Shown: positions 1 to 8,371 of the stretch, one piece after another | Position numbering within the stretch: position 1 is the first letter of the stretch | How the letters are laid out: every line of letters begins with the position of its first letter | From: Zymomonas mobilis subsp. mobilis ATCC 10988 | GTDB taxonomy: Bacteria > Pseudomonadota > Alphaproteobacteria > Sphingomonadales > Sphingomonadaceae | Direction of reading: 5' to 3' | DNA: 32,000 bases | NCBI RefSeq assembly: GCF_000175255.2 | Contig: NC_017262.1 | Span: 780,001 to 812,000, forward strand | Notes under the pieces: generated by a model | The model's input: only the letters and a program-made list of their open reading frames with translations | What the model was told of the DNA's origin: nothing | Database searches by the model: none | Translations under genes and position numbers: made by a program

Positions 1-677
1 AAGGTATTAGCCATACCACCACCGATGATCAGATGGTCAACCTTGGAAACAAGGTTGGTCAGAACGTCGAGCTTGGTAGAAACTTTAGCACCACCGACAA
101 CGGCTGCGACCGGATGGGTCGGCTTACCAAGGGCAGCTTCAAGAGCTTCTAATTCTTTCTGCATGGCACGACCAGCGAAAGCAGGCAGCTTGTGAGCCAG
201 ACCTTCGGTCGAAACATGGGCGCGGTGAGCAGCCGAGAAAGCATCATTGACATAGAAATCGCCGAGCTTAGCTACTTCTGCTGCCAGAGCCGGATCATTC
301 TTTTCTTCACCAGCATAGAAGCGGGTGTTTTCAAGAAGAGCAACGGCACCAGGATTCAGGGCATCAACGGCTTTTGCTGCAGCTTCACCTTTGATGTCAT
401 TGATGAAGTGAACCGGACGACCCAGAACGCCAGCCAGCGCATCTTTGATGCGAGCCAAGGACATTTCAGGATTCGGCTGACCTTTTGGACGACCGAAGTG
501 AGCCAGAATAAGGACTTTGGCGCCCTTTTCAGCCAATTCATTAACGGTCGGGATTGCAGCGCGCAGACGAGTATCATCCGTAACGCGATCGCCATCCATA
601 GGAACGTTCAGATCTTCGCGAACAAGAACGCGCTTACCTTTGACGTCACCAATATCATCTAATGTACGAAAAGCCAT
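1..677 (-). CDS. pgk: Phosphoglycerate kinase, N-terminal part (gene runs off the left window edge)
   Basis: Reverse-complement translation from ATG at 677 gives [66 protein letters not shown]..., the canonical PGK N-terminus. It lies downstream of gap. Confidence 0.97.
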   Translation of the reverse strand, partial: MAFRTLDDIGDVKGKRVLVREDLNVPMDGDRVTDDTRLRAAIPTVNELAEKGAKVLILAHFGRPKGQPNPEMSLARIKDALAGVLGRPVHFINDIKGEAAAKAVDALNPGAVALLENTRFYAGEEKNDPALAAEVAKLGDFYVNDAFSAAHRAHVSTEGLAHKLPAFAGRAMQKELEALEAALGKPTHPVAAVVGGAKVSTKLDVLTNLVSKVDHLIIGGGMANT

Positions 678-837
678 TATATCCTCCTTTTGGCCGCCTT
701 ATATCATAAAGCGGATCTGATAACGGAGACAGCCTCCTTACGAGACCCAGCTATAACGGATATATCCCATAACGGGCCTGTATCAGGAGGTTAATGCTGC
801 AATCAGCTTAATAACTAACTGCAGTAATTAAGAGGCA

Positions 838-870
838 TCCCGCCCCTTGCCACAAGGACAAAAAGCGGGA
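838..870 (-). promoter_or_regulatory. Stem-loop in the gap-pgk intergenic region
   Basis: Outer perfect stem TCCCGC (838-843)/GCGGGA (865-870) and inner CCTTG (845-849)/CAAGG (853-857), immediately 3' of the gap stop. No adjacent U-tract is obvious, so it may be an mRNA processing/stabilizing or partial-termination element. Confidence 0.5.
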
Positions 871-899
871 CAACCCTTTTACCGATAAGATCGCAAAAA

Positions 900-1913
900 C
901 TAGAGCGTTTTAGCCATCTGAGCAGCGGTATCGACCATACGATTGGAGAAGCCCCATTCGTTGTCATACCATGCAACAACGCGAGCCAGCTTACCTTCGA
1001 GAACAGCCGTTTCACGGCTATCAACGGTGGAGCTGTGCGGATCGGAGTAGAAGTCACGGGAAACGAGGGGTTCGTCGGTGTAACCGAGAACGCCAGTCAT
1101 ATCACCGGTGTCAGCAGCGGCTTTAAGAACGCTGTTGATTTCTTCTGCGGTCGTGTCACGCTGCGGAACGAAGGTGAAGTCAACAAGGCTGACATCCGGG
1201 GTCGGGACGCGGATGGAGATACCATCCAGCTTACCTTTGAGTTCCGGGATCACGAGAGCAACAGCGCGGGCAGCACCGGTGCTGGTCGGGATCATGGAAG
1301 CGCTGGCCGTGCGGGCACGACGCAGATCAGAATGGATCTGATCGAGGATGCGCTGATCGTTGGTGAAGCTGTGAACGGTGGTCATCAAACCACGAACGAT
1401 ACCGATTTTCTGCTGAAGAACATGCAGAACCGGAGCCAAGCAGTTGGTGGTGCAAGATGCGTTGGAAACGATCTTGTCATCTGCGGTCAGGTCTTTGTGG
1501 TTCACACCATAAACAACGGTGCGATCAACATCGCCTTTAGCCGGAGCAGAAATCAGAACCTTCTTGGCACCTGCGGTCAGATGAGCAGAAGCTTTTTCGG
1601 TGTTGGTGAAGATACCCGTGCATTCCATCACGATATCAACGCCAAGCTTTTTGTGCGGCAGATTGGCCGGATCACGTTCAGCGGTGACAACAATTTTCTT
1701 GCCATCGATGACCATGTCGTTACCTTCGGTGGTAACGGTACCCGGATAGGTGCCATGTGCACTGTCACGCTTGAACAAGAAAGCGTTGCCTTCAACGCTA
1801 CCCAGGTCATTGATGGTAACCAGTTCAAGTCCAGAATCCGGACGCGACAGAATTGCACGCGCAGCCAGACGGCCGATACGGCCGAAGCCATTAATCGCAA
1901 CTTTAACCGCCAT
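900..1913 (-). CDS. gap: Type I glyceraldehyde-3-phosphate dehydrogenase
   Basis: 337 aa ORF beginning MAVKVAINGFGRIGRLAARAI, with the catalytic SNASCTTNCLAP motif and C-terminal WYDNEWGFSNRMVD. Upstream AGGAG. Confidence 0.99.
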   Translation of the reverse strand: MAVKVAINGFGRIGRLAARAILSRPDSGLELVTINDLGSVEGNAFLFKRDSAHGTYPGTVTTEGNDMVIDGKKIVVTAERDPANLPHKKLGVDIVMECTGIFTNTEKASAHLTAGAKKVLISAPAKGDVDRTVVYGVNHKDLTADDKIVSNASCTTNCLAPVLHVLQQKIGIVRGLMTTVHSFTNDQRILDQIHSDLRRARTASASMIPTSTGAARAVALVIPELKGKLDGISIRVPTPDVSLVDFTFVPQRDTTAEEINSVLKAAADTGDMTGVLGYTDEPLVSRDFYSDPHSSTVDSRETAVLEGKLARVVAWYDNEWGFSNRMVDTAAQMAKTL

Positions 1914-1936
1914 GTTTATTCTCCTAACTTATTAAG

Positions 1937-1970
1937 TAGCTATTATATTCCATAGCTATTTTTTAACGTG
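1937..1970 (-). promoter_or_regulatory. Probable gap promoter in the tkt-gap gap region
   Basis: Minus-strand TATAAT (1942-1947) about 28 nt upstream of the gap ATG. Perfect inverted repeat TAGCTAT (1937-1943)/ATAGCTA (1952-1958) overlaps it. The -35 is not clear. Confidence 0.5.
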
Positions 1971-3954
1971 CCGACTTACCGGCGATCGCGGCCAACACCT
2001 TGTTCGTGATGCCGACTGCGGTCAAGCCGAAATGAGCATATAGATCATTCGCCGGGGCCGATGCACCAAAAACATCAATACCATAACGAAGACCATTTAT
2101 TCCAGTATACCGTTCCCAGCCAATTGTCGTCCCTGCTTCGATCGAAACGCGTAAAATTGTCGATTGAGGCTGATCGGGCAAAACGTCATTACGATAGGAT
2201 TCGGGTTGTTGATCGAACAAGGTCCAACTCGGCATCGACACGACATCTGCCCCAAAACCTGCTGTTTCTAGGAGGTCTGCGACCTCAACAGCCAAGGAAA
2301 CCTCTGATCCTGTTGCCATCAAAATAACCCGCCTTTTGGCAACAGCCGACCGGAGACGATAAGCCCCGCGCGCCGAAAGATTTTCATCCGCCGATTCGCG
2401 TAGCAACGGTAAGTTCTGACGGGACAAAACTATTAATGAGGGGCCATCAATATTTTTCAAGGCCAGTTCCCAACATTCTGCCGTTTCAACCGAATCAGCA
2501 GGCCGGAAAACTCTTAAATTAGGAATCAAACGCAAAGACATAACTTGTTCAATCGGCTGATGAGTCGGGCCATCTTCCCCAACACCGATCGAATCATGGG
2601 TCATGACATAGACGACTCTTGTCTTTTGCAAAGCCGACAGTCGGATTGCAGGGCGGCTATAATCAGAAAAGGCAAGGAAAGTACCGCCATAAGGAATAAC
2701 CCCACCATGAAGGGCCAGACCATTCATCACCGTCGCCATCCCGAATTCACGAATACCGTAATGGATGTAGCGACCGCCATAATCAGCTGACGATAGGGTC
2801 GTCATGCCCTTGGGCTTGGTATTATTAGACGGCGTAAGATCAGCCGAACCGCCAACCAATTCCGGTAACTGACGAATCAGAACGCTCAAAGCCATTTCCG
2901 AGGCTTTACGAGTTGCCATCGGCATAGCCGAGCTGATGATATTGTTCTTATGGTCTGTCAGATCAAAATCTTGCGGCAACTGCCCCTTAGTGATCCGCAA
3001 AAATTCGTCTTTATCTTTATTCGCCTCAAGGCGCTCTTTCCATGCGTGATATTCGTCAAGATGACGCGTGCCCAGTTCTTTCCATTTTTTCAGGATGTGA
3101 TGGGGGACAGTAAAGTCAGGGCTAGTCCATTCCAAAGCCTCACGGGTCAACAGAATTTCTTCTTCCCCTAATGGCGTTCCATGAGCGGCCGCCGTCCCCT
3201 GTTTTCCTGGGGAACCATAACCAATCGTTGTCCGGCAAGCGATCAAGGAAGGTCTAGGATCAGCAATAGCTTCATCCATGGCCTTGATAATGGATTCTGT
3301 ATTATGACCATCACAAGCCACAACATGCCAACCACAGGCACGATGACGCGCCATCACGTCTTCTTTGCGTGAAATAGTAACGTCACCATCGATGGTGATA
3401 CCGTTATCATCCCACAAAACATTAAGATTTCCTAAGCCCAGTCTAGCCGCAATCCCAACAACTTCATGGTTAATACCTTCCATCAGGCATCCGTCACCGG
3501 CAATGGTCCAAACACGGTGATTAACGATATCTTCACCGAATTGAGCCTTCAAATGACGTTCAGCCAAGGCCATTCCAGCCGCCATCCCGATTCCCTGTCC
3601 CAGAGGGCCCGTAGTTGCTTCAACCCCTGACAGCAAAGTATTTTCAGGATGACCCGCGCAACGGCTACCCAGCTGCCGGAAATTCTGGATGTCCTCTAAG
3701 CTAGGTTCATCATATCCAGTCAAATATAACAGGGAATAAAGCAGCATACATCCATGACCACCGGACAAGACAAAGCGGTCACGATCCGGCCATGTCGGAT
3801 CTTTGGGGTTAAATTTTAAATAGCGCCCAAAGAGGATGGTTGCGACATCTGCCATACCCATCGGCAACCCCGGATGCCCGCTATTAGCGGCCTGGATAGC
3901 ATCCATCGACAAGGCACGAATGGCATTAGCGAGGTGTCGATACGGAACAGACAT
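1963..3954 (-). CDS. tkt: Transketolase
   Basis: Long ORF with LANAIRALSMDAIQAANSGHPGLPMGMADVATILF, GHGCMLLYSLLYLTGY, GPLGQGIGMAAGMA and FLAFSDYSRPAIRLSAL. Start chosen at the internal Met (MSVPYRHLANAIR) at 3954; the ORF track extends to 4002. Confidence 0.98.
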   Translation of the reverse strand: MSVPYRHLANAIRALSMDAIQAANSGHPGLPMGMADVATILFGRYLKFNPKDPTWPDRDRFVLSGGHGCMLLYSLLYLTGYDEPSLEDIQNFRQLGSRCAGHPENTLLSGVEATTGPLGQGIGMAAGMALAERHLKAQFGEDIVNHRVWTIAGDGCLMEGINHEVVGIAARLGLGNLNVLWDDNGITIDGDVTISRKEDVMARHRACGWHVVACDGHNTESIIKAMDEAIADPRPSLIACRTTIGYGSPGKQGTAAAHGTPLGEEEILLTREALEWTSPDFTVPHHILKKWKELGTRHLDEYHAWKERLEANKDKDEFLRITKGQLPQDFDLTDHKNNIISSAMPMATRKASEMALSVLIRQLPELVGGSADLTPSNNTKPKGMTTLSSADYGGRYIHYGIREFGMATVMNGLALHGGVIPYGGTFLAFSDYSRPAIRLSALQKTRVVYVMTHDSIGVGEDGPTHQPIEQVMSLRLIPNLRVFRPADSVETAECWELALKNIDGPSLIVLSRQNLPLLRESADENLSARGAYRLRSAVAKRRVILMATGSEVSLAVEVADLLETAGFGADVVSMPSWTLFDQQPESYRNDVLPDQPQSTILRVSIEAGTTIGWERYTGINGLRYGIDVFGASAPANDLYAHFGLTAVGITNKVLAAIAGKSAR

Positions 3955-4168
3955 TACAAGATACCTAAAAAATTGGAAGAAAAGGTCGATATTTCCGGCC
4001 AAAAATGACAGAAACTGGAAGACGCGGCTTTATTAGTCTTTTGCCACCGGAAAGGTCAACATGCCGGACAGCCACGCACGACAAAGAATAACCTTTAGAT
4101 GCAAAAAACCCTATAAAAACAATAAAAGGCCATATTGAGGCATAGCCTCAACATGCTATGGGCTAGAT

Positions 4169-4450
4169 ATGCCTCAAGATCGTCTTTCACATGCCCTTAA
4201 CCGTCTGTCACAGGCTCTTATCCGTCTGGAAGAAGCAGACCACCGGCGTATAGCCGATCATGATATTGCTGCGCGTTACCAAAAATTACGCGAAGCGACT
4301 GAACAGGCCTTGGCTCGTATCGACAGTCTTCTGTCTGGAAACATCCAAGAATCCTATAAAAGCTCTTTCCCAACAAAAGAAGATAGAGAAAAGCTGGCAG
4401 ACAGTCTGTCTGATGCGAAAGCCTCAGAAGCCTCTCAAGAAAAGAAATAA
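4169..4450 (+). CDS. Small predicted coiled-coil hypothetical protein (93 aa)
   Basis: ORF MPQDRLSHALNRLSQALIRLEEADHRRIADHDIAARYQKLREATEQALARIDSLL, heptad-like leucine/charged pattern, upstream of zapA as is common in sphingomonads. Confidence 0.7.
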   Translation: MPQDRLSHALNRLSQALIRLEEADHRRIADHDIAARYQKLREATEQALARIDSLLSGNIQESYKSSFPTKEDREKLADSLSDAKASEASQEKK

Positions 4451-4660
4451 AAAGCTACCTTCGGAATCATCCGCCCTCTCACAAAAGCAAGAGCCATAAA
4501 TTATAAATAATGAGTGGCAAAATATCTAACGGCTCCTATTGTTGCAGTTGTCAAAATGGACATCGTGGAATCATTAAAAATCTGCCTGCGTGATTGAATA
4601 TAGGCAGGCAAGAACCAACATTACTTTCTCTTATCCATCCTAGGCGGGGGAATAGAAAGT

Positions 4661-5053
4661 ATGGCACAGAATAGTGAGCAATTAGTTCGGCAGGTTTTTG
4701 AAACGCTTAGCGACTTCAACCGTCCGGCAGAAGAAATGCTGGCTTTTTTTACAGAAGATTATCGCCAACTTGTTGACGGCAAAGAATTAGGGCTTAATGA
4801 TTTTCTTATTCATATCAAAGCCTTGCGCCAAAAATTAAAAGCACTCGAAATTGATATTCAGCATATCATCAGTAATAATGATGCGGCGGCAACCGTGCAT
4901 ATTGCCCATGTCACTCGGGCTTCTGGTGAGAAAAGCCGGATCAAAGTCGTCGCTTTTTACAGCTTTCGAGATGGAAAAATTGCCTTTGTTGACGAATTAA
5001 CGCATCCGCTTGAAGGCAAAGAAGGGGATCAAGCGCTAGGCTCAGTTCAATAA
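4661..5053 (+). CDS. NTF2/SnoaL-like domain protein (130 aa)
   Basis: ORF with N-terminal helical segment and FFTEDYRQLVDGKELGLNDFLIHIKALRQK...VVAFYSFRDGKIAFVDELTHPLEG, the typical NTF2-like/SnoaL layout. Confidence 0.75.
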   Translation: MAQNSEQLVRQVFETLSDFNRPAEEMLAFFTEDYRQLVDGKELGLNDFLIHIKALRQKLKALEIDIQHIISNNDAAATVHIAHVTRASGEKSRIKVVAFYSFRDGKIAFVDELTHPLEGKEGDQALGSVQ

Positions 5054-5078
5054 GATTCTTTCATTATAGTAAAAAAAC

Positions 5079-5142
5079 AGGTCTTCAAGCCGTTAACTCT
5101 ATTACCCTGCCAATGCACGTCCCCTGTCATTGGCAGAGACCT
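5079..5142 (+). ncRNA. Candidate structured RNA or 5'UTR element upstream of zapA
   Basis: AGGTCT (5079-5084)/AGACCT (5137-5142) and CTGCCAATG (5107-5115)/CATTGGCAG (5128-5136) stack contiguously on the 3' side: 15 perfect bp with a 22-nt 5' bulge. A TATAGT -10-like box lies at 5065-5070. Confidence 0.35.
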
Positions 5143-5245
5143 AAAAGCTCTGTATTTTATCCTGTAATTGTTGCGTTTATAAAGGGATAAAGTGACGAAG
5201 GTGACTGTTCCACAAAACCGGCAACATTGAAGACAGGAACAGATT

Positions 5246-5647
5246 ATGGCGCAAGTAGATATAATAATTGGCGGGCGTAATTATCAGCTGGCCTGCCGCG
5301 ATGGTGATGAAAACCGCCTTCGCTTCCTTGCTGATATTGTCGATAAAGAAGTCGCAAAGGTCAGCGAACAACTCCATGTCGCAGGCGATATCAGACGTTT
5401 AATGCTGGCCTCTTTGTTGCTGGCCGATCAAAATGAAGACATCAAAAGCGAAGCCAGCGATGCAGAATCCCAAAATCAACAGCTCCAGCAGCAAAAAGAT
5501 CAACTGACGGAAAGCCTAAAACTTTGTCAGGAAAAGCTAAAAATGGAGCAAGAGGAAAAAGAACGACTGGCAGTTTTGATCGAAGACTATGCAGAAAGAA
5601 TGGAAAATATCGTAAATCGCCTTGATGATGAAGCGCAAGCATCCTAA
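5246..5647 (+). CDS. zapA: Cell division protein ZapA
   Basis: 133 aa: MAQVDIIIGGRNYQLACRDGDENRLRFLADIVDKEVAKVSEQ...DIRRLMLASLLLADQ, characteristic ZapA N-terminal domain with C-terminal coiled coil. Followed by 6S RNA. Confidence 0.93.
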   Translation: MAQVDIIIGGRNYQLACRDGDENRLRFLADIVDKEVAKVSEQLHVAGDIRRLMLASLLLADQNEDIKSEASDAESQNQQLQQQKDQLTESLKLCQEKLKMEQEEKERLAVLIEDYAERMENIVNRLDDEAQAS

Positions 5648-5656
5648 ATAGGCAGA

Positions 5657-5820
5657 CGGCGGTTCTGCGCGGTGCGCGCTCTAGCAATTATCCCTGAGGC
5701 TATAAATACATCCAAGGGAGCTGTCCCTGTTCGAATCTTGGTTCGATGCATACGGTGCCCACCTGACGTTTGGGCGTCAGTGGATATTCAAGCAAACGGC
5801 CTGGCAGCGGTTCCGCCACT
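5657..5820 (+). ncRNA. ssrS: 6S RNA
   Basis: Located directly 3' of zapA (conserved 6S synteny). Terminal closing stem GGCGG...CTGC (about 5658-5666) with GCAG...CCGCC (about 5804-5817). Contains the TCCCTGAGGCTATAA segment resembling the conserved UCCCCUGAGCCGAUA of E. coli 6S. Ends are approximate. Confidence 0.85.
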
Positions 5821-6090
5821 TTAATATACAGGTCAATGACACTGTTTTTCTTAGAATGACCGCATCCAATAGCGGATTATAATTCTGCGATCTCTCTTAT
5901 CGCTCTTCAAACCATACGGACAGAGCATTGGTCTAACTAACCAGACTAATCGACTCGAAATATTTCTCAGCATCGTTAACTGTCGAGCTAAATAGCGATG
6001 GGGCTTCACAAAAAACAGGTCACCCTTTTTCTATTTTGCATCCTCATACCCACCCGTCTCAAATCAGCTTAGAATTTTCAGCGAACAGAC

Positions 6091-6124
6091 AAAAAAATCC
6101 CTGTTCTGACGAACAGAACAGGGA
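6091..6124 (-). terminator. Rho-independent terminator of thiC
   Basis: Perfect 11-bp stem TCCCTGTTCTG (6098-6108)/CAGAACAGGGA (6114-6124) with 5-nt loop, followed on the minus strand by a T7 run. Confidence 0.93.
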
Positions 6125-6164
6125 CAGGGAACAAGGGTAAACTAGGGAGTAAGCAAAATAAGAA

Positions 6165-7979
<1,815 letters not shown>

Positions 7980-8056
7980 TTATGCATCCTTCTTGCAGGT
8001 CAACCATCAGGCCGACCGGAAAAAGGCTTTCGGCCGACGGATAAGAAGCAAGGTCT

Positions 8057-8156
8057 GATGCCTTCCCTCCCTACGCCGGTGTTAAGCCGGATCAGGTTCG
8101 ACGGGTTAGAGCAATCAGCTCATTCTCAGCCGTATTTATACGGCCCCCCGGGGATG
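8057..8156 (-). promoter_or_regulatory. TPP riboswitch (THI element) upstream of thiC
   Basis: Minus-strand sequence CCCCGGGGGGCCGTATAAATACGGCTGAGAATGAGCTGATTGCTCTAACCCGTCGAACCTGATCCGGCTTAACACCGGCGTAGGGAGG has the hallmark CUGAGA and ACCUGAUCnGGNUnnnACCnGCGUAGGGA blocks. Confidence 0.96.
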
Positions 8157-8331
8157 CCTCTGTCATTACGCCGAAAGGAAAAGGATAGCAACCCGATCAA
8201 ATGACTTTTGCCGATAAAAAACGATTTCACATACATGTTTTGCAACAAAAAAGAACGATACAAATAAACCACACTCAGAATATGAAACATAAATGACATT
8301 TTGTTGAAATATTGATGCAAAAATCAGCTCT

Positions 8332-8371
8332 TATCCCCTTCCTGCAATCAAGTTACAGGGGATACAATCTG
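8332..8371 (+). promoter_or_regulatory. Hairpin overlapping the Shine-Dalgarno of the TonB receptor gene
   Basis: TATCCCC (8332-8338)/GGGGATA (8358-8364), 7 perfect bp; the 3' arm overlaps AGGGGA upstream of the GTG start at 8371. Confidence 0.4.

Noticed and set aside
1035-1955. 306-aa plus-strand ORF antisense to gap (plus shorter ORFs in the same area)
   Set aside because: It is a mirror reading of the strongly conserved gap gene, with no recognizable domain. It is a codon-bias shadow ORF.
5700-5780. GTTCGAATC / GGTTCGAT strings suggesting a tRNA T-arm
   Set aside because: No acceptor stem, anticodon arm or D-arm could be assembled. The segment lies inside the 6S RNA.
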